DNA of 64,000 nt, from the sequence record OR769032.1, one strand, 5' to 3'. Shown here piece by piece: positions 37,565-46,344 of this stretch. Numbering within the stretch: position 1 is the stretch's first letter; the number at the start of each line of letters is the position of its first letter. The translations under genes and the position numbers were made by a program. The notes under the pieces are model-generated. The model saw only the letters and a list, made by a program, of their open reading frames with translations, was not told the origin of the DNA and made no database searches. The DNA comes from Escherichia phage JoYop.

Positions 37565-37741
37565 TTATACTCCGGATAGTTTGTAAACTATTTTAACATC
37601 GCCTTTTGCTGCTTTATAACCTTCAGCCCAAGATACAACCGAGTTTTTATCTGAAGATTCAAATTCTGGCATTGGGCTTTCACCAATGTTCACACAATAT
37701 GTTTCTTCATTTTCGTCGAACCAAATAGTTAAAGTAGTCAT
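37565..37741 (-). CDS. hypothetical small protein (58 aa), not in ORF track
   Basis: Hand-translated MTTLTIWFDENEETYCVNIGESPMPEFESSDKNSVVSWAEGYKAAKGDVKIVYKLSGV; ATG with GGAG SD. Confidence 0.35.
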   Translation of the reverse strand: MTTLTIWFDENEETYCVNIGESPMPEFESSDKNSVVSWAEGYKAAKGDVKIVYKLSGV

Positions 37742-37777
37742 TTATTTCTCCGTTTCTATATTTGTTTTGATAAGTCT

Positions 37778-37807
37778 ATAATAACACCGTCCTTGGTGTT
37801 TGTACAC
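37778..37807 (-). promoter_or_regulatory. early-promoter-like element
   Basis: Minus strand GTGTAC-(18 nt)-TATTAT. Confidence 0.35.
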
Positions 37808-37809
37808 AA

Positions 37810-38073
37810 TTATTTCATATTATTGAAATATTCTTCTGCGATTTCGTCGTTATCATGGTAAACTTTAGAAGACAGCTTAACATAACCTTCAGCAGTGAAC
37901 ATGTTAATCACAACCTTTACAGTATACCACTGACCGTCTTCATTACCCATTACTGCATAGGTTTCAAACATCGGATGGTCAGGACCGATAACTTTAATAT
38001 CATTCACCGTACGACCAAAATCTTCTGAAACACATTTCATAAAGAAGTTGAACAGTTCACCGTAATTATCCAT
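37810..38073 (-). CDS. hypothetical protein
   Basis: Track start TTG; ATG at 38073 (MDNYGELFNFF...). Confidence 0.45.
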   Translation of the reverse strand: MDNYGELFNFFMKCVSEDFGRTVNDIKVIGPDHPMFETYAVMGNEDGQWYTVKVVINMFTAEGYVKLSSKVYHDNDEIAEEYFNNMK

Positions 38074-38116
38074 TTCGTTCTCCAAGTTGTTTTCTGTATC
38101 AGTAGTTGATAGTTGT

Positions 38117-38146
38117 ATAGTACCACAGAAGAACAGGGATGTAAAC
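38117..38146 (-). promoter_or_regulatory. T4-type early promoter
   Basis: Minus strand GTTTACA-(18 nt)-TGG-TACTAT-ACAACTATCAAC with A/T-rich upstream element. Confidence 0.55.
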
Positions 38147-38284
38147 AGTTTTGTGAAAAAATTTTTAAAAAGTTTTGGGGAATTCTAGGGCAGGGAGGGG
38201 CAATTAAAGGATAGGATAATATATTATAAAGGGTAGAAACTAAATGATGCCTAGAGAGGCCCGGAAAGGCCTAGATATCAAAAA

Positions 38285-38304
38285 CCCCAACCTTTCGGCT
38301 GAGG
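38285..38304 (-). terminator. intrinsic terminator after internal-protein-like gene
   Basis: CCTCAGCC-GAAA-GGTTGGGG hairpin then TTTTTG on minus strand; a second GGCC...GGCC hairpin follows. Confidence 0.5.
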
Positions 38305-38313
38305 CTAAGAATG

Positions 38314-38787
38314 TTATTTGATTTGTTTAGCAGACCAAATGCGGTCTTTAATAATTTTTTGGATGTCTTCAACATACTCAAGAGAGTGAACATGCGGGTT
38401 ATCTTTGAAACTATAAGCACGAGCTAGCTTTTGGCCTTCAGTTTTGATTACTAAAAGCTCTTTAAGGATAGCTTCATATTTGGAAATAATTCCTTTAACA
38501 ATATTTTTCTCTTGTGCGACTTTAGGATCTGCTTTAGGAGCAGGTTTACCTGAAGCTTTTGCAAAAGCAGCTCCAGTAGCAACTAAACTTTTCCAAGCCA
38601 TACTAACTGCATTTCCCGTAAATCCTTCTGCTTTCATATCGCGAGCAAATTGGAATCGCGATTCATCAGAAGCATCTTTATAGGAATATTTACCCGCGGC
38701 AATGGCAGCTTTTGCGACAGCTTGAATTTCGGTGCTAGATGCTTCATTTAACACCGCTTCATTTAAAAATTGAGCATATGATTTCAT
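38314..38787 (-). CDS. additional internal-protein-like gene with CTS
   Basis: 157 aa starting MKSYAQFLNEAVLNEA; Ala/Lys-rich. Confidence 0.5.
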   Translation of the reverse strand: MKSYAQFLNEAVLNEASSTEIQAVAKAAIAAGKYSYKDASDESRFQFARDMKAEGFTGNAVSMAWKSLVATGAAFAKASGKPAPKADPKVAQEKNIVKGIISKYEAILKELLVIKTEGQKLARAYSFKDNPHVHSLEYVEDIQKIIKDRIWSAKQIK

Positions 38788-38838
38788 CTTATTTCCTGTT
38801 TTAATTCGGGGTTTTAATATACTTATTTATACTAAAAA

Positions 38839-38860
38839 GCCCCAACCTTTCGGTTGGGGC
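38839..38860 (-). terminator. intrinsic terminator closing the tRNA/stable RNA transcription unit
   Basis: GCCCCAACC-GAAA-GGTTGGGGC followed by TTTTTAG on minus strand. Confidence 0.6.
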
Positions 38861-38864
38861 TAAG

Positions 38865-39190
38865 CCTTGCGGCAACCTTGTCGGGGTTCCACCTGCTAAG
38901 GCAAGTGTTTGTACGAAACGCCGGGATTCGAACCCGGTTATCAAGCAGTTGACGCTACTCAATATTTTTAAAAGGCCATATCTCGACCATATCCGAACGT
39001 TCCGTCAAAAACGCTACTCGGCTTACGGCAAAGATATTTCCTCGAATCGATAATTCGGTGCGCCGTTTCTGCTGTGATATAAGGGAACATTAACAGATCG
39101 TAAAGATTTGTTAATGCCGGTCCTTAAACAGGGAGCATCAGTCCGACGACTTACCGGTAGCGACCCGGTTTCTTAATATTCTTTTAAAGC
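38865..39190 (-). ncRNA. candidate structured stable RNA(s), tRNA-like (cf. T4 rnaC/rnaD position)
   Basis: 326-bp ORF-free region downstream of tRNA-Arg; contains a tRNA T-arm-like CCGGG-TTCGAAT-CCCGG element and a distant complementary acceptor-like segment about 150 nt apart. Confidence 0.3.
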
Positions 39191-39196
39191 ATCAAT

Positions 39197-39523
39197 TTAT
39201 TCACAGCGTTTACGCCATAAATCAATTGCTTCATAAGCGGATTCAGCATTTCGAATTAGCCGGCATTTATGTAAAGACTTATGATTTTGATATTGTGTAG
39301 ATAATGGAATTGTATCTAAAAGGTCTTTACGATCAAAGTATTCGTAACCATCTAAACCAAATGAACGATTTTTGAGAAATTGCCAATGGCCAAATTCATT
39401 TTCAACATAAACATAATCTGCATGCTGATAAAGCAAATTAATTACGCGTTCAGAAATAACAGTATCATTATGATTAAAATAAAATGTTAAATCATGAACT
39501 ACTAAATAAACATTACCTTTCAT
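39197..39523 (-). CDS. hypothetical protein between tRNA-Arg and the stable-RNA region
   Basis: ATG at 39523 with GAGGAAAAT SD; the longer track ORF overlaps tRNA-Arg. Confidence 0.4.
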   Translation of the reverse strand: MKGNVYLVVHDLTFYFNHNDTVISERVINLLYQHADYVYVENEFGHWQFLKNRSFGLDGYEYFDRKDLLDTIPLSTQYQNHKSLHKCRLIRNAESAYEAIDLWRKRCE

Positions 39524-39541
39524 ATTTTCCTCACTTATAAT

Positions 39542-39618
<77 letters not shown>

Positions 39619-39622
39619 TATT

Positions 39623-39697
39623 TGGCGGACATGCATGGATTCGAACCATGGACCAATTGATTAACAGTCAACTGCTCTACCACTGAGCTACACATCC
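39623..39697 (-). tRNA. tRNA-Asn (anticodon GUU)
   Basis: Hand-folded: GGATGTG acceptor, D-arm GCTCAGTGGTAGAGC, anticodon loop CUGUUAA, T-loop TTCGAAT, CCA encoded. Confidence 0.65.
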
Positions 39698-39701
39698 AAA
39701 T

Positions 39702-39788
39702 TGGTGGGGAGTGATGGAGTCGAACCACCCGAGTCGCAATGACAATGGATTTACAGTCCACACCGCTACCTCTACGGGATAACTCCCC
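39702..39788 (-). tRNA. tRNA-Tyr (anticodon GUA), long variable arm
   Basis: 87 nt; anticodon stem-loop GTGGA-CUGUAAA-TCCAT; variable arm resembles bacterial tRNA-Tyr; D-arm fold less clean. Confidence 0.55.
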
Positions 39789-39801
39789 TTAATTCTTAAT
39801 T

Positions 39802-39876
39802 TGGTGGCCCTGGGTGGAATTGAACCACCATCTGGCGATTATGAGTCGCTTGCTTGAACCTTCCAGCTACAGGGCC
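39802..39876 (-). tRNA. tRNA with CAU anticodon (Ile2/lysidine-type or Met)
   Basis: Hand-folded: acceptor GGCCCTG, anticodon loop CUCAUAA; T4 has a CAU tRNA read as Ile. Confidence 0.6.
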
Positions 39877-39877
39877 T

Positions 39878-39953
39878 TGGTGCTGATTGACGGAATCGAA
39901 CCGCCGACCTTCTCATTACAAGTGAGTTGCTCTACCTACTGAGCTAAATCAGC
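39878..39953 (-). tRNA. tRNA-Thr (anticodon UGU)
   Basis: Hand-folded: D-arm GCTCAGTAGGTAGAGC, anticodon loop CUUGUAA. Confidence 0.65.
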
Positions 39954-39958
39954 AAAAC

Positions 39959-40048
39959 TGGCGGAGGCGATAGGATTTGAACCTATGAGTCGCCGGAGCG
40001 ACTGCCGGTTTTCAAGACCGGTGCATTAAACCACTCTGCCACGCCTCC
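39959..40048 (-). tRNA. tRNA-Ser (anticodon UGA), long variable arm
   Basis: 90 nt; anticodon stem-loop CCGGT-CUUGAAA-ACCGG. Confidence 0.65.
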
Positions 40049-40050
40049 AG

Positions 40051-40124
40051 TCTCCATACAAGGATTTGAACCTTGGACCTCCTGATCCCAAATCAGGCGC
40101 TCTACCAAACTGAGCTACACGGAG
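40051..40124 (-). tRNA. tRNA-Pro (anticodon UGG)
   Basis: Hand-folded: anticodon stem-loop CCTGA-UUUGGGA-TCAGG; CCA not encoded. Confidence 0.65.
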
Positions 40125-40134
40125 TAAATTAAAT

Positions 40135-40208
<74 letters not shown>

Positions 40209-40213
40209 AAATT

Positions 40214-40300
40214 TGGTGCGAGAAGTGGGACTCGAACCCACAAGGAAATCATTCCGCAGCATTTTAAGTGCTGTGCCTTTACCAATTTGACCATTCTCGC
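40214..40300 (-). tRNA. tRNA-Leu (anticodon UAA), long variable arm
   Basis: 87 nt; anticodon stem-loop CAGCA-CUUAAAA-TGCTG; T-arm GTGGG-TTCGAGT-CCCAC. Confidence 0.65.
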
Positions 40301-40306
40301 GCTATA

Positions 40307-40915
40307 TTATTTATTACGTGAAAAAGACTGTTCTATCAATTCTGGACACTTTCGTTCTATCCATTTTCTAGCTTTTTGTGGGCTTATACCTATTATTTTA
40401 GCAGCTTTACTAACCCATCCAAATTTAGAATAATCGATTTTAACTAATTCTTCGTAAATTTCATCAGTTAAAATCTTTTCATTAATATTTACCAGTAAAT
40501 GATATAATTTATTATCATTAGCAATTTTAATGAATCTTTTATAGTTTCCGCCTTTACTTAAACCTAATGAAGTAATTGCAGATGATATAGTAGCCGAATT
40601 TAATAGTGCGTTTAAAATTTCTTCATCACTAACATTATAACGCTTTTTATTATTTTTAATATTTTTACCAGCAAAAGTATCAGTTTGCGAATGGCAATTT
40701 GGACATAATAATCTTAAATTTGATTTAAGATGATTTTTGTTATTTCCATCAATATGATCTAATTGCAGAACAATATGCTTATTTTGCCATTTTGAAATTT
40801 TACAAATTGCACACTCATATGGAAAAATATTTTCTTTTATTATTTTGTCTTTCAGCTTTCCTGTACTAAAATTTGGATGTTTTCCTTCAAAAATTTCAGC
40901 TAATTTAGTATCCAT
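40307..40915 (-). CDS. HNH family homing endonuclease, free-standing, abutting the tRNA cluster
   Basis: HNH core CAICK...LQLDHIDGNNKNHLKSNLRLLCPNCHSQTD; C-terminal helix-turn-helix-like region; track start TTG, ATG at 40915. Confidence 0.65.
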   Translation of the reverse strand: MDTKLAEIFEGKHPNFSTGKLKDKIIKENIFPYECAICKISKWQNKHIVLQLDHIDGNNKNHLKSNLRLLCPNCHSQTDTFAGKNIKNNKKRYNVSDEEILNALLNSATISSAITSLGLSKGGNYKRFIKIANDNKLYHLLVNINEKILTDEIYEELVKIDYSKFGWVSKAAKIIGISPQKARKWIERKCPELIEQSFSRNK

Positions 40916-41025
40916 AATATAATTCCCAATTATTAACAAAGGCTCTCAAGCAAGAACCCTTGATGATAGAGGGTATTAATCAGTGCGATATGAGTTAATA
41001 ATAACAAATAATTCTTAAAGCATAT

Positions 41026-41313
41026 TTACCATTTATGCCGATACGTATTTACGATACATTCAAGACCCAAAGGATTCTTGAAAACATCATATTCAAGAGG
41101 ACCTTTTTCTGTTTCAATAAAGAAATCAAAATTTACTATATTAAATTTACGGTCTTCCTTTACTAATTTAACTTGAGAAGATGAACGGTCAATGTAAACC
41201 TTTTCAACTTCAAAACATGTTAAAATGCCATAATCATCAATCAAGGCTTTAGCTGCTTCTTGATCATATTTATATCCATTTTCAACGGATGATACTTTCG
41301 CATAAAGAATCAT
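41026..41313 (-). CDS. hypothetical protein
   Basis: 95-aa ORF, ATG start. Confidence 0.45.
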   Translation of the reverse strand: MILYAKVSSVENGYKYDQEAAKALIDDYGILTCFEVEKVYIDRSSSQVKLVKEDRKFNIVNFDFFIETEKGPLEYDVFKNPLGLECIVNTYRHKW

Positions 41314-41315
41314 TA

Positions 41316-41696
41316 TCAGCCTTCATCAACAATAGTGTGCGTATTGGCATTTACAATTTGCCACCAATCAAAGCGATTAGAACCATACATTGGTTTGTTC
41401 TCATTTTCTTTAATGATATCACGGAGTTCATCTTCGGTAGCAGCTTTCGCGATTAAATCGGCATATCCACCACGAGGATAATAATTATCACCTGCAAAAA
41501 GTAAAAAATTTGGTGTAATATTATTAAACTCTTCAAGAGTAATAACTGTTCCACCAGGTTGAACAATTTCTACATATTTATATCCTAATTTTTGAGCAGC
41601 ATCTACTGCTTCAAGCAGGGTATCATGGGCCCATCCAATTTGGCAATCTGGCTTTTCAGATGGATTAGCCTGATAATCCGCGTACACTTTATACAT
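41316..41696 (-). CDS. hypothetical protein
   Basis: Track start TTG; ATG at 41696 with AAGGTGAA SD. Confidence 0.45.
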   Translation of the reverse strand: MYKVYADYQANPSEKPDCQIGWAHDTLLEAVDAAQKLGYKYVEIVQPGGTVITLEEFNNITPNFLLFAGDNYYPRGGYADLIAKAATEDELRDIIKENENKPMYGSNRFDWWQIVNANTHTIVDEG

Positions 41697-41697
41697 T

Positions 41698-41883
41698 CTA
41701 TTCACCTTTAGAAATTTTATCCATAACAATAGCGATTAAACCAATTAAAAATGCTACTACAAGTGAAAAAACATTTTCTGCTGTAGTTAATAATCCGCAT
41801 ATAAATCCAACAAACATTGAAAAACTAAAAGCAGAAGCAGAAATTGCAATAGCAACATTTCGAATTAATTCACAACGTTTCAT
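41698..41883 (-). CDS. small membrane protein
   Basis: 61 aa, largely hydrophobic (AIAISASAFSFSMFVGFICGLL...VVAFLIGLIAIV). Confidence 0.4.
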   Translation of the reverse strand: MKRCELIRNVAIAISASAFSFSMFVGFICGLLTTAENVFSLVVAFLIGLIAIVMDKISKGE

Positions 41884-41911
41884 TTTATTCTCCTCGGTAG
41901 TTGATAGGGTA

Positions 41912-41941
41912 ATAGTATCACTACCCCATCTAAAAGTAAAC
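41912..41941 (-). promoter_or_regulatory. T4-type early promoter
   Basis: Minus strand GTTTACT-(18 nt)-TGA-TACTAT. Confidence 0.5.
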
Positions 41942-41951
41942 AGTTTATAAA

Positions 41952-42260
41952 CTATTTTATTCCGCGTGATGCAATTGTATTCTGTCGTTTAACACTAGTT
42001 TGTTTAAAGTCATGATTGTCGATTTGATCGGTACGAGCAACCCCGAATGATGATTTAATCTTAGCTTTAGATCCTTTAGTTATAGAAATAAACATCTCGG
42101 AAGCCCCTTTCTTAAAGTCAGAAGCGATTACTTCAACACCGTTCTTAGCAAGTGACCCCAGAATTGCCTCCGCATACTCATCGTCAAGACTAGCCTGAGT
42201 ATTAATAACGAATGTCTTTGGTGCAACTGCTTCATTGATAAATTCTTTGAAAGTTTTCAT
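41952..42260 (-). CDS. ipI: Internal protein I-like (capsid-targeted)
   Basis: 102 aa starting MKTFKEFINEAVAPK; located just upstream of 57B as T4 ipI. Confidence 0.6.
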   Translation of the reverse strand: MKTFKEFINEAVAPKTFVINTQASLDDEYAEAILGSLAKNGVEVIASDFKKGASEMFISITKGSKAKIKSSFGVARTDQIDNHDFKQTSVKRQNTIASRGIK

Positions 42261-42290
42261 TTTATTTTCCTAATTAATTTTGATGAGATA

Positions 42291-42320
42291 ATAGTATCAC
42301 TACCTCATCAGTATGTAAAC
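42291..42320 (-). promoter_or_regulatory. T4-type early promoter
   Basis: Minus strand GTTTACA-(18 nt)-TGA-TACTAT. Confidence 0.5.
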
Positions 42321-42332
42321 AACTTTGTGAAA

Positions 42333-43029
<697 letters not shown>

Positions 43030-43030
<1 letters not shown>

Positions 43031-43743
43031 TATAGTACCTTTAGTGTATTTTTAATTTTAGAAAAAAGTTCTTCAAGAGAACCATCGTTTGTAATTACTA
43101 AATCGCCATCACGAATTGGCAATCCAGCTTCTGTAATATGTGTATCATTGGATTTTTGACCAGGACGAACTACATGAATTACTGTAGCACCCATCGCCCT
43201 AGCCGCATCCATTTCATGATCTTGACGAGTATCAGGAACGATATAATAATCATAACCTGAGTTAAATTTATCAAGATAATCTAAAGCAAATAATTTTACC
43301 CAATACATGCGATCGAAGTTATTAACAATCAAATCCGTACCTAGGGCTTGCATCAGACGACGGACTGACCATTGATCTTCAATAGTATTTATAACGTCAG
43401 CAATCTTGTTAAATGCTACGAAATTAACTGCGTCATCAAAAACAAACACACCTTTAATCGGGCTTTTACTATTAAGATAGCAAAATGCTTGTTCCATAAT
43501 CGTGATTACTTCTAATTTAGTCAGATTTAAATTAGTCTCACGATCATAGTCAATTCCTTCAAACTCTTTACGAGTTAAGCAAGGATAGCCAGTGTTTGCT
43601 GCAAATACACCCCATGCATAAGCTAATGCGTCCTTAATAGGACCAGCAAGTTGGTATTTAACTGCAGAATAATTGCTCATTATAAAATCAGCAGTAGTAT
43701 CTTTTCCACTGCGCTTTACACCGCTTAAAAAGATTAGTTTCAT
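43030..43743 (-). CDS. 1: Deoxynucleoside monophosphate kinase gp1
   Basis: From ATG at 43743: MKLIFLSGVKRSGKDTTADFIMSNYS... with P-loop GVKRSGKDT; recognised as T4 gp1. Confidence 0.9.
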
Positions 43744-43792
43744 GTGTTTCTCCTCAAATTTAATTAAGATTATAACACACAAAACTGAAGCA

Positions 43793-44323
43793 TTAAACTT
43801 CTGCTATAATTTTACCATCTTTTTCTACTTGAAAATAGGTGTAAGGAATCGTTGCAGTACATACTAAAGCCGGGTCTGAATCTTCTGTGTAGCTAAATTC
43901 TACTTCAGATAGGTCAGAAACCCAAGGCTTATAAAAATTTATTGACATCACGATTTCGGTTTTGCTATTATCTAAGATGTAAAGCGTAATGTACTCAGGA
44001 CCAGTTTTTTGAGCAGTATTTTCACCTGTAAGATAGTTGCTAGTTCCTAGCATCCATTCATACATTCCTATCCATGACTTAAGTTCTTCATCAACTATAA
44101 ATCTCACGATGAGTGGATCGTATTCAAATGTAACACCTGGACGTTGTGCTCGGCCTAGTCCAAACGGCCCAGTCACGGTATCAGTAACAGGTATTCTAAT
44201 TCCTGGAATAGGAACTGACTGAGCATTTAAAGTAAAAGCAGATGTAGTATTACTATGTGGTATTGATATTACAAAGTTAGTTGTATTTGCTTGGTTAAAA
44301 ATTTGTTGCAGAGCTTGCGACAT
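43793..44323 (-). CDS. 3: Tail completion / sheath stabilizer gp3
   Basis: ATG at 44323 with GAGGAATAT SD gives 176 aa, matching T4 gp3 size and position. Confidence 0.75.
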   Translation of the reverse strand: MSQALQQIFNQANTTNFVISIPHSNTTSAFTLNAQSVPIPGIRIPVTDTVTGPFGLGRAQRPGVTFEYDPLIVRFIVDEELKSWIGMYEWMLGTSNYLTGENTAQKTGPEYITLYILDNSKTEIVMSINFYKPWVSDLSEVEFSYTEDSDPALVCTATIPYTYFQVEKDGKIIAEV

Positions 44324-44429
44324 ATATTCCTCATAATGCTTTATAACTGTTGGTGGTATAATGGGTCTAAGTCCCTTCCATTCAATTCCATTTAGAACAA
44401 ACAACAGAAAAGAATGGAAGATAATAGAA

Positions 44430-45254
44430 TTAAATATTTGACCAGACTTTGTTTGCAGAGAAACGTTTTCCTTTTGAAACGAACTGCTGAAGTGGCATCA
44501 ACACAACGTTCGCCCAGTCTTTCGGGGCGATTTCAACAAGGCTACCCATAATATTACCAGGTATATATGCCTTAATCATTTGGTCTGCACCCCTAAATCC
44601 TTTCACTTGACTCCAATCAATTTTTAATCTTGTTTTGTTAGTAATAGTAGGTGTATTTGAATATTGCTTTAAAAGCTCTTCTAGAAACTGTTGACGAGCT
44701 TTAGGTGGAATATAGTGCAAGTTCAATCCATACATTAAATTATGTTTACCTAAACCAAGGTAAATTATCAAAGGAAATTTATCCCAGTAAGGAAGAGTTT
44801 CCTTGTGTTTAGCATCATAAGCAAAAGCATATATTCGTCCCGGCTGCGGGCGAACAACTTTATGTCCTTTTACTTGCTTAATAGTTTCAGCAAACCACTT
44901 TCTGGTTTTATTATTAATTGCTGCGCCTTCATTACGAATTTTATCGCGTAATGATTGTCTGAATGAATTTATCATAAGCAGTTGTCTTTCTTGCTTATTG
45001 AGTTTATTCATTGGTTTTGATTCAAGCTTTTGAATCTTTTCGGCAGTTTTAATTCCTGAAGCATATTTTGACATTGCTGAAGTAAATGTAGAGTATTTGA
45101 TTCCTCTTTCTTCGGCAAATTGCTTTCCTGTCATTCCTTTTGCTTTGGCCTTTTTATATTCAAGACCTATCTGAATCCATTTCTTTTCGTTTAATGATTG
45201 CTTAACCTTTGGAACTTGGGGAGTGCTTTCATTAATTATCTGAAAAATAGCCAT
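44430..45254 (-). CDS. 2: DNA end protector gp2
   Basis: 274-aa basic protein [19 protein letters not shown]...; size and position match T4 gp2. Confidence 0.8.
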   Translation of the reverse strand: MAIFQIINESTPQVPKVKQSLNEKKWIQIGLEYKKAKAKGMTGKQFAEERGIKYSTFTSAMSKYASGIKTAEKIQKLESKPMNKLNKQERQLLMINSFRQSLRDKIRNEGAAINNKTRKWFAETIKQVKGHKVVRPQPGRIYAFAYDAKHKETLPYWDKFPLIIYLGLGKHNLMYGLNLHYIPPKARQQFLEELLKQYSNTPTITNKTRLKIDWSQVKGFRGADQMIKAYIPGNIMGSLVEIAPKDWANVVLMPLQQFVSKGKRFSANKVWSNI

Positions 45255-45706
45255 TATGCCCCCTTAAAGCCAAGAGCTCGTAATCCATCTTCTGTTAGAA
45301 TTCTAAATTTTATTCCACGCTTTTCAGCTAACGATTGTGCTGCTTTCCATTTGTCAGTGTTAACAGAATATGTATAAATTTCATTCATAAATCTTTTCTT
45401 CGCTGCGGTTGTTAGATGTGCTGGTTTAACTGGTGGTTGTGTTTCTTTTTTAGGTTTTATTTCAATAAAAAATTCTTGTCCAGAAGAATCTTTCATCCAA
45501 ATATCCATGAAGTATCTACGTTTTTTCCCTTCTGCATTACAAAAATAAGGAATTACTGCTGTTTCACTACCCCACGCAATAATTTCTGGATTTTTATCTA
45601 ACCATTCAAAAAAGAATTTTTCCCAATTTGATCTATACGTAATTTTTTTAGGGTCACCTCTATATTTTGATATATTTTTAGGAACCCATTTTCCAGAATA
45701 TGCCAT
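45254..45706 (-). CDS. 4: Head completion protein gp4
   Basis: 150 aa; size and position match T4 gp4; overlapping stop/start with gene 2. Confidence 0.8.
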   Translation of the reverse strand: MAYSGKWVPKNISKYRGDPKKITYRSNWEKFFFEWLDKNPEIIAWGSETAVIPYFCNAEGKKRRYFMDIWMKDSSGQEFFIEIKPKKETQPPVKPAHLTTAAKKRFMNEIYTYSVNTDKWKAAQSLAEKRGIKFRILTEDGLRALGFKGA

Positions 45707-45717
45707 TGGATTCTCCT

Positions 45718-45725
45718 TATAAATA
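45718..45725 (+). promoter_or_regulatory. late promoter (TATAAATA) for gene 53 and downstream baseplate genes
   Basis: TATAAATA about 29 nt upstream of gene 53 ATG. Confidence 0.55.
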
Positions 45726-45732
45726 GATAATA

Positions 45733-45740
45733 TATTTATA
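45733..45740 (-). promoter_or_regulatory. late promoter (TATAAATA) for gene 4, divergent from the gene 53 promoter
   Basis: Plus-strand TATTTATA = minus-strand TATAAATA, about 27 nt upstream of gene 4 start. Confidence 0.5.
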
Positions 45741-45753
45741 AACAGGAGGGCCC

Positions 45754-46344
45754 ATGCTCTTTACATTTTTTGACCCGATTGAATATGCGGCCAAAACGGT
45801 GAATAAAAACGCGCCGACTATTCCTATGACAGATATTTTTAGAAACTATAAAGACTATTTTAAGCGTGCTCTTGCGGGATATCGCTTACGTACTTATTAC
45901 ATTAAAGGTTCACCACGCCCGGAAGAATTAGCAAATGCTATATATGGAAATCCACAACTGTATTGGGTTTTATTGATGTGTAATGATAATTATGACCCGT
46001 ATTATGGATGGATTACTTCACAAGAAGCTGCTTATCAAGCATCTATACAAAAATACAAAAATGTAGGTGGAGACCAAATAGTATACCATGTGAATGAGAA
46101 TGGTGAAAAATTTTATAATTTAGTATCATACGATGATAATCCATATGTTTGGTATGATAAAGGTGATAAAGCAAGAAAATATCCTCAATATGAAGGAGTG
46201 CTTGCTGCGGTCGATACGTATGAAGCTGCTGTTCTTGAAAATGAAAAACTTCGTCAAATAAAAATAATAGCAAAATCAGACATCAATTCATTTATGAACG
46301 ACCTTATACGTATAATGGAGAAATCTTATGGAAATGATAAGTAA
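45754..46344 (+). CDS. 53: Baseplate wedge protein gp53
   Basis: 196 aa; position and size as T4 gp53; GGAGG SD. Confidence 0.8.
   Translation: MLFTFFDPIEYAAKTVNKNAPTIPMTDIFRNYKDYFKRALAGYRLRTYYIKGSPRPEELANAIYGNPQLYWVLLMCNDNYDPYYGWITSQEAAYQASIQKYKNVGGDQIVYHVNENGEKFYNLVSYDDNPYVWYDKGDKARKYPQYEGVLAAVDTYEAAVLENEKLRQIKIIAKSDINSFMNDLIRIMEKSYGNDK

Noticed and set aside
37564-37588. Additional GTTTACA element that looked like another early promoter
   Set aside because: The nearest TATAAT is only 13 nt away, so spacing is wrong, and the element lies inside the small ORF 37565-37741; left unannotated.
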